Made by a program: the position numbers and the translations under genes
In this document: piece after piece, positions 1 to 9,488 of the stretch
How the letters are laid out: each line of letters opens with the position of its first letter
Position numbering within the stretch: position 1 is the first letter of the stretch
Source of the DNA: a virus
Lineage: Duplodnaviria; Caudoviricetes
Reading direction: 5' to 3' (one strand)
Virus record (IMG/VR): IMGVR_UViG_3300032314_000362
Coordinates: 1 to 54,933 of that record
Length of the DNA stretch: 54,933 bases
The notes under the pieces: model-generated
What the model was told of the DNA's origin: nothing
The model's input: the letters and a program-made list of their open reading frames with translations, nothing else
Databases searched by the model: none

Positions 1-657
1 ACGCGCAAGATAGGCGCTATCGTTTGCTTCGGCTAACCGGTCTTGTGCAAAGCACTTTGCAAGCCGTGTTTCTTGTAACGCTTCATTGTTGTAATCCGAG
101 CCTAATAGCTTGGGCTTTAGGCCAAAGTCTGCCCCCATCCAGTCGCTAGGGTTAGGATCATATTTCATCAACAGGTCTGCAATTTTGCCTACGTGTACAT
201 AGTAGGGCAATTCTTGCCGCTCGGTTACAACACGGTTTTCAATTACAGCCAGCGTTACCTTGCCGTCGGGTAGAAATTCTACCCAGATTTCAACGTCACG
301 GTTAACGAAGATCATCGCCGGGTCGCAACACGATTGAACAAACCGGATTTCTTCTACCATTTTTTCGCGTAATTCAGACCATAGTTGCTTATCCTTCATG
401 CGCTCTTTGTCGCTACGGTTGCTTTTCGGGTCAAGTCGCCATGCTAAGCGTGTGTAATGAAATCGGGTAAAATCCCCATAATGCTTGACGGTTGCGCCCT
501 TTCGCGGTTTGCTCGATGCGCTAATCCGGCTCATTTCACGGTTTTCAGAACGTGCCATAGTCAAGACCTCATTTTGCTGGCTTGGATTGCGACACTCAAT
601 AGCGATAGTGTCACCTAGCATACGATCATTCATATTGACGTAAAACTTTGTTTGCAT
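1..657 (-). CDS. Hypothetical early protein, open at the window edge (MQTKFYVNMNDRMLGDTIAIECRNPSQQNEVLTMARSEN...)
   Basis: Not in the ORF track because it has no stop inside the window. ATG at 657 follows an AAGGA Shine-Dalgarno (SD) site and the frame stays open to base 1. If the ends are joined it continues into 54933 and stops about 10 codons later. Confidence 0.7.
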   Translation of the reverse strand, partial: MQTKFYVNMNDRMLGDTIAIECRNPSQQNEVLTMARSENREMSRISASSKPRKGATVKHYGDFTRFHYTRLAWRLDPKSNRSDKERMKDKQLWSELREKMVEEIRFVQSCCDPAMIFVNRDVEIWVEFLPDGKVTLAVIENRVVTERQELPYYVHVGKIADLLMKYDPNPSDWMGADFGLKPKLLGSDYNNEALQETRLAKCFAQDRLAEANDSAYLAR

Positions 658-779
658 CTGGTTTTATCCTTTGTTGTATGGTTTATAGGACACACGGCCA
701 CGATAGCGAATTGCACGCTACAGCCGGCTATGCAAAACGTGTTTTGCATAGCGGCACAAACTTTGTTATGGCGTTCGTT

Positions 780-1010
780 TTACTGGTAAGTGATGATAGG
801 TTTATCATTTAGTGGCGCTTGCACGCTTACCAGAAAATCCGGTAACGATTGCGTGTAGGCATGTTGGGCGATTACTGCGAGTAGTTCGCCCTTACGTACC
901 CATAGATCATCACCGGCACAAAGCACGTTAAACCACAAAAGCCCGTTTAATGTGCGTGATTCTAGCACCACGATAGGCGCTAATTTTGGATTGCTTGAGA
1001 CTAAGCGCAT
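780..1010 (-). CDS. Hypothetical protein, first gene after the early leader
   Basis: ORF 780..1067 in the track. The likelier start is ATG at 1010 (MRLVSSNPK), downstream of AAAGGGG. Confidence 0.55.
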   Translation of the reverse strand: MRLVSSNPKLAPIVVLESRTLNGLLWFNVLCAGDDLWVRKGELLAVIAQHAYTQSLPDFLVSVQAPLNDKPIITYQ

Positions 1011-1533
1011 GATGTTATATCCCCTTTGTCCTTTGTTGTATGGGTTATTGTTAAAACCAGACGCCACTAAGGATTTGCACCTTAGCCTATTAGTACGTTT
1101 AATCCGTTACAATAGCCGTGCTTACACGGTAGCGTTAAAGACTGTTTTAGTTCACTATATCGCTTGCTCTATCTAGCAAACCTCTATGTTTAAGGACAAG
1201 TCAACCGAAACAGGGGGTTGCCGGAGTATTGGCGATACAGTGTAGATGAAAGCGCATGGTACACGTTACCCGGCTGATGGGGGAACCTACTCACTTATGC
1301 GCTATGATGTTAAGTTGTTGGCTACCGCCACTACTGTGCAAAAGACTTTCGTCTCACAGATAGAATCACCTACGGAATAATCCGGTTAGCGCCTAAGTTG
1401 TTTTGGCGTGAGCCATACGCCACGATACAGGCCGATGAACGCACATAGGCACACTTACCGCCTATGCTATAACCCGCGCTAGGATTTGCGCCTAGCCTAT
1501 CGCCACTCGGGCGGGTTTGTTTGCCACTTACTC

Positions 1534-1555
1534 TGTTTGTTTGTTTGTTTGTTTG
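1534..1555. repeat. (TGTT)5 / (AAAC)5 simple repeat near the 5' end of the early leader
   Basis: tgtttgtttgtttgtttgtttg read directly. Confidence 0.9.
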
Positions 1556-1569
1556 CTGCTGATGAAATA

Positions 1570-1599
1570 ACTATAACCCATGATTCGCTAAACTGTCAA
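1570..1599 (-). promoter_or_regulatory. Sigma70-type leftward early promoter
   Basis: TTGACA (1599-1594), 18 nt spacer, TATAGT (1575-1570) on the - strand, heading the leftward gene block. Confidence 0.7.
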
Positions 1600-2042
1600 T
1601 GCCATTTTATGCGCTCTCATGTGATACTCATAAATGAACGACAGAATGCGGGTTTGTGACGGTTTAGATACTTAGCGTTTGGCAAACAGAAGTGTGGAAT
1701 TGTGGAATAGGGGTGATAAAGGAGGGAAGGAATGAAACTAAACGCGCTTGTATAAATTTGAACGCGAACGTTCAAATTTTTACTCGAAAGTAAAGATTTT
1801 TACATTAAACCTGCCTGTCCGCAATTGCGCTACAATGGCCTTAATTTCATCGCAGCATAGCGCTATAGATAATCTATCGCATATGCCATATTTAATGCGA
1901 CCTTGCCCTATCCTGTAATCGCCTAGACCTATCCAAGCCTATATAGCTAGGTCAACAGACTCCCATAGCGTGCCATTGCCTAATTGCTATGTGATGGACA
2001 TATATGATCGCATAATATCGCTATGGTGTCTGGGTTGAGATA

Positions 2043-2074
2043 GGCAATAGACCGGGCAATAGACCGGGCAATAG
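2043..2074 (+). repeat. 12-bp tandem repeat GGCAATAGACCG, about 2.7 copies
   Basis: ggcaatagaccg ggcaatagaccg ggcaatag, with a related gggcaataagg at about 2098. Confidence 0.85.
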
Positions 2075-2344
2075 CACAAAGCAGATTAAACGATAGTGGG
2101 CAATAAGGCATGGAAACGTAGCGAATGTATAACGGTTTGCAAAGATAAAGCATCAAAAATAGCTAATGATAAGTGTCATTATCGCATTGTAAACCGCTTG
2201 CGCCCAATCGTAGCGTGACGATAAAATGCAAGCGTAATATACCCCCTAGTATAGTATGGCTTTTTTATGACGTCATAAGACGTACGACGGCTGGTCTCGC
2301 CCATCTTTTTTCCACATTTTCGCCCCTCTTTTCCCCCTTCGCAA

Positions 2345-2373
2345 TTGACAATTCTGCACGTAGCAGGTATCCT
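2345..2373 (+). promoter_or_regulatory. Sigma70-type rightward promoter for the methyltransferase
   Basis: TTGACA-17 nt-TATCCT, followed by a TAAGGA SD before ATG 2418. Confidence 0.65.
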
Positions 2374-2417
2374 GAGCGATAAATCTTCGGCCAAATTACA
2401 CCGTAAGGAATTTCACT

Positions 2418-3200
2418 ATGAGCGCATACAACCAGTACCGTAGCGGCAAGCACACAATCTATCATGGCGACTTCATCGCGCAGACGCAGGTTGAGCCTGA
2501 GAGCGTTGACTTGTTTGTGACATCACCCCCGTATAACGTGGGGATTGAGTACGACGGGCATGATGACGCGGGCGATTACGGTGATTACCTCACCTTCTCA
2601 AACCGTTGGCTAGGCAAGGCGCACGAGTTGGCGGCAGCAGATGGGCGGTTGTGCCTGAATATCCCGTTGGATAGAAACTATGGCGGGCATCAGGCCGTTT
2701 ACGCAGACTTGGTGAGCATGGCGATAGCGGTAGGGTGGCGGTATCGGTCAACGATCTGTTGGAATAAGGTTCATTTGACAAATAACACGGCATGGGGATC
2801 GTGGATGAGTGCTTCCTCACCCAACACGATTGCACAGGTAGAGATGATCGCAGTATTCTCTAAGGGTGACTGGAAGAAGCTCAACCCCGAAAACCGTGCC
2901 AGCGACATAGAGCGTGACGAGTTTATGGCGTGGACAAACGGTGTGTGGTCGTTCAACGGCGAAAGTGCCACGCGCATTGGGCATCCTGCGCCCTTCCCCA
3001 GAGAACTCCCCAAGCGCTGCATCAAGCTATTCAGCTTTGTCGGGGATACCGTCTGCGACCCGTTTCTAGGCAGTGGAACCACACTTATTGAGGCGCACGA
3101 TAATCAGCGCGTCGGGATCGGCTTCGAGCAGTCCGAATCCTACTTCAATCTGGCAGTGAAGCGCTTCGATGCCTTCGTTCGTCAGTCGAGACTACTTTGA
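2418..3200 (+). CDS. Site-specific DNA amino-methyltransferase, beta class, probably N4-cytosine
   Basis: N-terminal catalytic TSPPY, HPAPFP, and C-terminal SAM-binding DPFLGSGTT. SPPY is typical of m4C enzymes. Confidence 0.9.
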   Translation: MSAYNQYRSGKHTIYHGDFIAQTQVEPESVDLFVTSPPYNVGIEYDGHDDAGDYGDYLTFSNRWLGKAHELAAADGRLCLNIPLDRNYGGHQAVYADLVSMAIAVGWRYRSTICWNKVHLTNNTAWGSWMSASSPNTIAQVEMIAVFSKGDWKKLNPENRASDIERDEFMAWTNGVWSFNGESATRIGHPAPFPRELPKRCIKLFSFVGDTVCDPFLGSGTTLIEAHDNQRVGIGFEQSESYFNLAVKRFDAFVRQSRLL

Positions 3201-3444
3201 CAATGCACGAATGCAAAGGCGTTGATCTACGCGGTGAGCAAAGTTGCCTCAATTCGCTTTGATAGGCTCATAGAGGTTTGTGACGGGTCAAAATTCGGAA
3301 TCTGCGATTTTTTGCAGAAAATTTGGTAAGTATTCCGTTTGGCGCTAAATATGTGTTTTGGCTTAGATTCTATCGTATGACAATTGCGGGATTCACGGGT
3401 TTGTTGTACAATGGGGCTATTGATCGGCGAAAGGGAGGATTGAC

Positions 3445-3522
3445 ATGACCGAAGAAGCAACCCTTAGCGCTGTTTTGACCAAGTGGGCGGTCTTAGCCGC
3501 AAAAGGAGATACTAATGTCTGA
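3445..3522 (+). CDS. Possible 25-aa small protein (MTEEATLSAVLTKWAVLAAKGDTNV)
   Basis: Strong GGGAGG SD; overlaps the start of the next gene. Confidence 0.4.
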   Translation: MTEEATLSAVLTKWAVLAAKGDTNV

Positions 3523-3736
3523 TCGTCCGACTCCCCTAGAGGGATTTAGCCTGTTGTATGACATTGTGGAGGGCAACCTAGTCGTTTCGATTGAAGTGCA
3601 AGGGCTGAAGGCTGAAATGTCCGTCCCGCTGGCGCGCCAAGATCAACGGTTGGCGATGCTAGACATGCTAGACGCCGTGTACATGCAGTTGGCCGAGATC
3701 GAATACCCATACGGCGGCGGGGAGGGTTCTCAGTGA
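3515..3736 (+). CDS. Hypothetical protein
   Basis: AAGGAG SD; coupled to the next ORF by GTGA. Confidence 0.65.
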   Translation: MSDRPTPLEGFSLLYDIVEGNLVVSIEVQGLKAEMSVPLARQDQRLAMLDMLDAVYMQLAEIEYPYGGGEGSQ

Positions 3737-4086
3737 ACGAACAATTTGAGGATGCACGGCAAGAGGCCGAGCAACACATCGTTGCCGCTGAGGGGCATGG
3801 CAAGAAGGGATGGCACACGTTAGAACGTGATGACTACCTAGCGGCGGCGCACAAGTTCGTAGAGGCAGCGCAGGCCGTTGCACCGAGCTACCCCTACGTG
3901 CTGATGTACGCCCGCGCAGGTCAAGCCTGCTTGAGCGCCGGCGAGTACCGTATCGCTGTGAATTACCTCAATATTGCGCTAGACGCTTACCCGACGCTTG
4001 ACTTCGTAACGCGGGCTGAGTGGGCGGGGCATTTAACCCGTGCCGTGATGCTTTTGTACATGGAAGATTCTTTAGATGAAGGATGA
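3733..4086 (+). CDS. Hypothetical helical (TPR-like) protein
   Basis: Coupled ORF with a TPR-like pattern (AGQACLSAGEYRIAVNYLNIAL). Confidence 0.6.
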   Translation: MNEQFEDARQEAEQHIVAAEGHGKKGWHTLERDDYLAAAHKFVEAAQAVAPSYPYVLMYARAGQACLSAGEYRIAVNYLNIALDAYPTLDFVTRAEWAGHLTRAVMLLYMEDSLDEG

Positions 4087-4286
4087 AACTGATGCAACTG
4101 ACTGACCGTGACCGTGTATTGGTGGATGGTCGCTGGTATGAAGTTGCCGTTTGGCGTGATGACTTCATCGAACTGGTAGATATGTCCGTCCCAGAATGTC
4201 GGTTTGCCACCACAACCCAAGAAGTGATTGAATTGACCGCCTGTATTCAAGAGGTTCAACCTTATGCCCCTAACACTGCCCGTTAA
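4083..4286 (+). CDS. Hypothetical protein
   Basis: ATGA overlap with the upstream gene. Confidence 0.6.
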   Translation: MKLMQLTDRDRVLVDGRWYEVAVWRDDFIELVDMSVPECRFATTTQEVIELTACIQEVQPYAPNTAR

Positions 4287-4977
4287 GTTGCTGGATCATG
4301 GGTCACTGCAATTGCTTGGAGTCTACCCTCACCCTCACGAGATTGAACTACGCCACCCCTTACTAACAGCACAAGAACTTTTGGCTGTGCAAGTGGCGCG
4401 CAACTCATTTGAGAGTGCTGGTAGCCCTGAATCAGATGAGGCGTTGCTTAGGCGGTTGGTGAACGATAAGCATATGTCACCGTTTGAGTTTGTCTCGTTT
4501 CACTGGGTTATGGAGTGTCCGCTGTTTGTGGCGGCTCATTTTCTGCGTTATCGCACTGCAAGGTTCGCACAGTTCTCGCAGCGCTATGCTGACCCCCGCA
4601 AGAAGAACTTAGGGTTGAATGCTTACTTGCCCTATGAATTGCGTGTACAGTCGAAAAGCAACAAGCAGGCGTCAAGCGATGAGGTTATTCACGATCCCGA
4701 TCTGTTGGCGGAGATAGATAACCATAACCGTGCAGCCCAAGCGTTGTACGGTAGGCTGCTTGGCACTGGCATGGCGCGTGAACTTGCCCGCACGGTGCTT
4801 CCAGAGGGAACATACACAAGGTTGGTCATGCAGATAGACGCCCGCCATATGTTCTACATGCTACGGGAACGGCTTGCCCCCGATGCACAGTATGAAACCC
4901 GCGTTTACGCGCAGGCGCTTTATGAAAACGTGTTCGTCCGATTTATGCCAATTTTGGCAGAAAGTTTAACCCCGTGA
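4264..4977 (+). CDS. thyX: FAD-dependent thymidylate synthase
   Basis: HMSPFEF, RYRTARFAQFSQRY (ThyX motif RHRx7SxR, with Y in place of H), RELARTVLP, and ERLAPDAQYETR. Confidence 0.93.
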   Translation: MPLTLPVKLLDHGSLQLLGVYPHPHEIELRHPLLTAQELLAVQVARNSFESAGSPESDEALLRRLVNDKHMSPFEFVSFHWVMECPLFVAAHFLRYRTARFAQFSQRYADPRKKNLGLNAYLPYELRVQSKSNKQASSDEVIHDPDLLAEIDNHNRAAQALYGRLLGTGMARELARTVLPEGTYTRLVMQIDARHMFYMLRERLAPDAQYETRVYAQALYENVFVRFMPILAESLTP

Positions 4978-5381
4978 TTAATGACGCCAACGACACTGCT
5001 AGACTCTTGTCTGAAGCCATGCGCCGCGCCGCGCTGTCAAACCTTGAGCTACAACATCGCTTCACCCGCAATGTAGATCGCTATCTGGAACCCACCCCAG
5101 ATACCTACATGCGATTGGTGGTTGAGGAAGTCTATGAACTTGGCGTAGACATTACCGAGATATACCAAGACGAAACCAACAACGTAGAGCCAGCTATGCA
5201 AGAGTTTACCGACGTGCTTGTAACGCTGGCGGGCTTGTATGATACCTTAGCCAAAATGTACGGCTCAGAGCGTTGTAGTGCCGCGCTGTCTAAGGCCGTT
5301 AATCAGGTTGTCGCCAAAAATGCGGCAAAAACGACGGAAACCCACACCTATAATGGCAAGAAGATTGTACGAAAGGATTAA
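4974..5381 (+). CDS. MazG-like all-alpha NTP pyrophosphohydrolase
   Basis: EEVYEL...QEFTDVLV acidic motif (ExxE...ExxD), next to thyX. Confidence 0.7.
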   Translation: MINDANDTARLLSEAMRRAALSNLELQHRFTRNVDRYLEPTPDTYMRLVVEEVYELGVDITEIYQDETNNVEPAMQEFTDVLVTLAGLYDTLAKMYGSERCSAALSKAVNQVVAKNAAKTTETHTYNGKKIVRKD

Positions 5382-5386
5382 CTCAC

Positions 5387-5704
5387 ATGACCAAATACCC
5401 GCCCGATTGGGCGACTATTTCGCGGCAGGTCAAAGATGAGCGGGGGTGGGCTTGCCAGCGTTGTGGCGCAAAGCACGGGCAACAACATCATAAAAAGGGG
5501 GTGGGCGTGACCCGTGTAAGTGTTCATCACACGGGTAAGAAGCGGCATCCCAACGGGTTCAATCCCGACCCACTTGATAAGTACGATTGCCGCCCAGAAA
5601 ATTTAGAGGTGCTTTGTCAAGAGTGCCATTACAGGGCAGAGATAAAAATACGCAAGCAGAACCATCGCAAACACCTGCCTAAGCCTGAATACCTGAGAAA
5701 GTAA
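5387..5704 (+). CDS. HNH endonuclease, possibly packaging-associated
   Basis: CQRCG...VHH...NLEVLCQECH, directly upstream of the terminase genes. Confidence 0.85.
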   Translation: MTKYPPDWATISRQVKDERGWACQRCGAKHGQQHHKKGVGVTRVSVHHTGKKRHPNGFNPDPLDKYDCRPENLEVLCQECHYRAEIKIRKQNHRKHLPKPEYLRK

Positions 5705-5795
5705 CAACCCCGCTGACACAAACCGCGTTTCGTATACAAAGCTCACGCTCTCGTGTATCATTAGATCGGAATAAGATACTTGAGAGCGTGATACC

Positions 5796-6473
5796 ATGCC
5801 ACAATTTTTAACGCCCAAAGGTTACTTAGGCGAAAACGCCGATGAAATTGCGCGTGCGATTGTCGTCAATATCGCTAATGGCATGACGATAAAACTTGCC
5901 GCAGCGCGTGAGGGCATCACCGAGCGTAAAATCAATGCGGCGCTAGTGGCGGGGCAAACCGAAATCGCCGCACGCGAAGCAGGCGAGCCGCCCAACCCGA
6001 CGCTAGAACCTTATGTGTGGTTGGTTCAGGAAATCCCCCGCGCACAAACCTCACTGTATCAAGCCGCCCTAAACACCCTGAAAGATGCTATCGTGGGTGG
6101 AGCTAAAACCAAAAAAACGGTAAAGCGGCAACAAGTTATCATGGTTCAAAATGCGCTTGGTTTGATGGAACCCCGCAAGGTCACTTTGCGAGAGGAAAGC
6201 ATCACCGAACACCCCGGTGATGCTAAAATGGCAATTGCCGCCTTGCAATCCATTGACCCAGAACATTGGGCGGCTCAAGTTGAATACCGTGTGAGCCACC
6301 GCTACGAAAACATCATCAACGGCATTGCGCGGGGTGAAATTGACGTTGAAGTAGTAGCGGAGGAAGTCGGTGGTGAAACAGCCGCAATGTTGAACCGATT
6401 GGCGGAAAAGCGCAAGGCGTTACCGTCGGGTGCTTTCGCCGCCGCTGACGACGCCGAATTAGAGGATGACTAA
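5796..6473 (+). CDS. Putative terminase small subunit
   Basis: Directly before the large subunit; N-terminal HTH-like segment (GMTIKLAAAREGITERKI). Confidence 0.6.
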   Translation: MPQFLTPKGYLGENADEIARAIVVNIANGMTIKLAAAREGITERKINAALVAGQTEIAAREAGEPPNPTLEPYVWLVQEIPRAQTSLYQAALNTLKDAIVGGAKTKKTVKRQQVIMVQNALGLMEPRKVTLREESITEHPGDAKMAIAALQSIDPEHWAAQVEYRVSHRYENIINGIARGEIDVEVVAEEVGGETAAMLNRLAEKRKALPSGAFAAADDAELEDD

Positions 6474-7982
6474 ATGCCGTCGGCCAAGCAAACGCAAGCC
6501 TTTGACGGCGAACTAGCAGAACGCCTAAAGGCTAAAACCAAAGCCAAGCGAGATGCTTCAGCCTTAGCGCTTTCGACGGCTCGTTACGTCAATGATATTC
6601 CGCTGTTTGTGCGAGAAGTGCTGGGGGCGAACCCACGCCCCTACCAAGAACGGGTATTGCGCGGGTTAACTGAGCATCGTCGGCAATGCGTTCGTTCATT
6701 GCACGGCGTCGGCAAGAGTACCCTAGCATCATGGGTCGTCTTGTGGGCGCTGACCTGCTTGGGTGACGACACAAAGGTGATTATCACCGCAGGGTCGTGG
6801 CAACAGTTGCAACATTATTTCATGCAGGAAGTTCATAAGTGGGTTCGCAACGGCAGTGAGGGGCTTGCTGGAATCGGCTACCCTATGCGCGACGGGCGTG
6901 AATTGCTTCAACTTATGATTACGCTGGTCGGCGGGCGACAAGCGTTTTGCGTTGCTTCAACCGACCATCAGCGTATGGAAGGGGCGCACGCTAAAAATCT
7001 TGTCTACCTGCTGGATGAAGCGAAAGCCATTCCAGAACCGATCTGGGATGCTATTGAAGGCGCTTTCTCCAATGAGGGGAATGACACTGGATCAACGGCC
7101 TATGCGCTTGCAATGTCTACGCCGGGGCGTGCAACAGGTCGGTTTTACGACATTCAAAAGCGTAAGCCGGGCTATGAGGATTGGGGAACGGACTTCATTA
7201 GCCTCACCGACGCCATTGCAGCGGGGTCTATCAGCACCGAATGGGCTGACGCCCGCCGCCGCCAATGGGGTGAAACCAGCGAGATGTACAAAAACCGTGT
7301 ACTTGGCGAATTTGCTGACACGGATAGTTCGAGCTTGATTCCGTTGGCGTGGGTAGAGGCCGCAAACCAGCGCTGGCATGAGTGTGCAGGCAACGGCGGC
7401 GGCGAAGAAACCTATATGGGGGTGGACGTTGCGCGTATGGGGGACGATGAATCCGTATTCGCGCTACTTTCGGGGAACGTCGTTGAACAGATCATTGCTC
7501 ATTCAGGGAATGACACCGTACAGCTTGCCGCGAAGATAGCCCCATACGTCCCCGACGTTGTGCGGATCAACGTTGACGCCATTGGCGTGGGGGCAGGCGT
7601 TTACGACATTCTCAAGCACGCCCATAAAGACACCGACGTAGCCATTACCGCAATCGTCGGCTCCCAAAAAACGCGCCTGCGCGATGATTCGGGCATCAAC
7701 CGCTTCCAGAATCTACGCACTGCGATGTGGTGGAAGCTACGGGAAGCGCTTGACCCAAAGAACGAACCAACCCTTGCATTGCCCCCCGATGAAATGCTTA
7801 CGGGGGAATTGACGACGCCGCTTTGGGAAGAAATTGGCGGTGTGATCCGCGTAGAAAGCAAGAAAGACTACAAGAAGCGGCTAGGGCGATCCCCAGACCG
7901 CGCCGATGCCGTTGCCTATGCCTATTTTGGCACAATCTGGAAGGCTCCTAACTACAGCGATGGATTATTTGCAAAGGTATAA
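6474..7982 (+). CDS. terL: Terminase large subunit
   Basis: Walker A HGVGKS, Walker B LLDEA, coupling motif STP, and nuclease motifs GVDVARMGDD and SPDRADA. Confidence 0.95.
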   Translation: MPSAKQTQAFDGELAERLKAKTKAKRDASALALSTARYVNDIPLFVREVLGANPRPYQERVLRGLTEHRRQCVRSLHGVGKSTLASWVVLWALTCLGDDTKVIITAGSWQQLQHYFMQEVHKWVRNGSEGLAGIGYPMRDGRELLQLMITLVGGRQAFCVASTDHQRMEGAHAKNLVYLLDEAKAIPEPIWDAIEGAFSNEGNDTGSTAYALAMSTPGRATGRFYDIQKRKPGYEDWGTDFISLTDAIAAGSISTEWADARRRQWGETSEMYKNRVLGEFADTDSSSLIPLAWVEAANQRWHECAGNGGGEETYMGVDVARMGDDESVFALLSGNVVEQIIAHSGNDTVQLAAKIAPYVPDVVRINVDAIGVGAGVYDILKHAHKDTDVAITAIVGSQKTRLRDDSGINRFQNLRTAMWWKLREALDPKNEPTLALPPDEMLTGELTTPLWEEIGGVIRVESKKDYKKRLGRSPDRADAVAYAYFGTIWKAPNYSDGLFAKV

Positions 7983-7987
7983 GCCCC

Positions 7988-9487
7988 GTGACTAAAAAGA
8001 GAAAACCTACTTCATCGCTGAAGCCTGCGGCAATTCCCCCGCGTACTGACCCACGACGGGAGGCGTTGTTACGTGCAAGCCCTTCTAACCCCACATGGCA
8101 GGGCTATGCAACGGGCTACGGCGGGCTTTATCGGGGCATGAGCCGTAATGGGTTTGGGCGCGACGACTACGGTTTGATTATGGCCTATCTGTACGTAGAC
8201 AAGCTACGATCCGCCATTGACGTAATAGCCGAAAACGCGATGCAGGCTCGGTTTGTTGTCATTGACGCCGACGGGAATGAAACGGCCAGCGATGACAAGG
8301 GCGGGGATAGCCCGTTCCTAGACATTTTGAGCGAGCAACTTGCCACGCAGAAGCAACAGTTGTTTGATCTTTGGGTCAGGGACTTGTTATTGCTTGGCAG
8401 GTCATACATTGAGATCACAAAGAATGGCGGAATCATCACCCATTTGCGCCGCGTGAATCCGTTGGCGATTACACCACAGATTCAGAACGGGCGAATCATA
8501 GCCTATAACTACGCTGGTATGGATACAGGGCGCAGTTTCCCCCAGTTCACCTTAGACCAATTGCTGTACACCTATTTGCCTCACCCCGGCGATGACCTTG
8601 ACGGCTATTCGCCTGCTACTTCTGCACTTGCTAAGGCAAACGTGATTATCAAGTCTGAGCAGTACCATCTGGCATGGCTCAACAATCAGGGGCAGCCGGG
8701 CATGATTGCTACGCCAAAATCCGATTCTCAGGGTATCGGCGCGGGGTTTGACTTGGAGGACGCGCAAGAGATTGCCGACCTGTGGCGCAAAGAATTTCAG
8801 GGTGCGGAAAACTTCTTCCGTACCTATGTCTCTCACATCCCGTTTGACATCACTCAATTGCAGTTGGCTGATATTCGTCAGCCGCTTGAAGTGACAACGG
8901 CCAACGAAGATGCCCTGCTAGAGACCTTCCGTGTGCCAAGACGAATGCTTGGCGGCGGAAGCAATGGCGGGGTGTATGAAAGCGCAGAGGAAGTCAAAAA
9001 GGCGTTTATTCAAACGGTAGTCGCCCCGTACTTGTTCCGGCTTCAGGCGTGGGTCAATACCTTCCTCATGCCGTACATTGAGCCGGGCAAGCGTTTCCTG
9101 TTTGATATTTCGCACTTTGAAACAACATCGGAAGAAAACCTACGCAAGCACCAAATTTTGAGGGAAAAGTTGAGTAACGGCGGTTTAACCCTGAATGCTT
9201 ATCGTAGCGCAATAGGACAAGCCCCCCTTAAAGGCGGGGAAATCTTATTCTTGCCGTCGGGGATCACGATTGACGTTAAAATGCTTGCCGAAATGGATGG
9301 GAGGTTGCTTATCGGGATGCCGGGACAAATCACTGAATCCAACCAGCAACAGCACCCCGTAGATGAACCGACGGCGCTGGAGCCAGAACAGGGCGACATA
9401 CCAGACGACCCCAACGATGACGATCCAGTGGTAGGCATTAGCGAGAATCAGGCGCGTGCGCTGCAAATACTCATGACAGGCAGGTAG
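7988..9487 (+). CDS. Portal protein (HK97-like)
   Basis: Follows terL; LLLGRSYI, DGYSP, FRVPRRMLG and LTLNAYRSAIGQAPLKGG motifs. Confidence 0.88.
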   Translation: MTKKRKPTSSLKPAAIPPRTDPRREALLRASPSNPTWQGYATGYGGLYRGMSRNGFGRDDYGLIMAYLYVDKLRSAIDVIAENAMQARFVVIDADGNETASDDKGGDSPFLDILSEQLATQKQQLFDLWVRDLLLLGRSYIEITKNGGIITHLRRVNPLAITPQIQNGRIIAYNYAGMDTGRSFPQFTLDQLLYTYLPHPGDDLDGYSPATSALAKANVIIKSEQYHLAWLNNQGQPGMIATPKSDSQGIGAGFDLEDAQEIADLWRKEFQGAENFFRTYVSHIPFDITQLQLADIRQPLEVTTANEDALLETFRVPRRMLGGGSNGGVYESAEEVKKAFIQTVVAPYLFRLQAWVNTFLMPYIEPGKRFLFDISHFETTSEENLRKHQILREKLSNGGLTLNAYRSAIGQAPLKGGEILFLPSGITIDVKMLAEMDGRLLIGMPGQITESNQQQHPVDEPTALEPEQGDIPDDPNDDDPVVGISENQARALQILMTGR

Positions 9488-9488
9488 C

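Noticed and set aside
1011-1570. tRNA gene or hammerhead ribozyme in the leader
   Set aside because: The T-loop-like hairpins lack a cloverleaf, and CTGATGA and GAAA words are not arranged as a hammerhead core.
1754-1779. Palindrome as a telRL site of a linear plasmid prophage
   Set aside because: It is short, has a non-palindromic centre, and no protelomerase is recognisable.
2173-2465. Short ORFs on both strands upstream of the methyltransferase
   Set aside because: They lack good SD sites, overlap each other and a promoter, and have non-protein-like composition.
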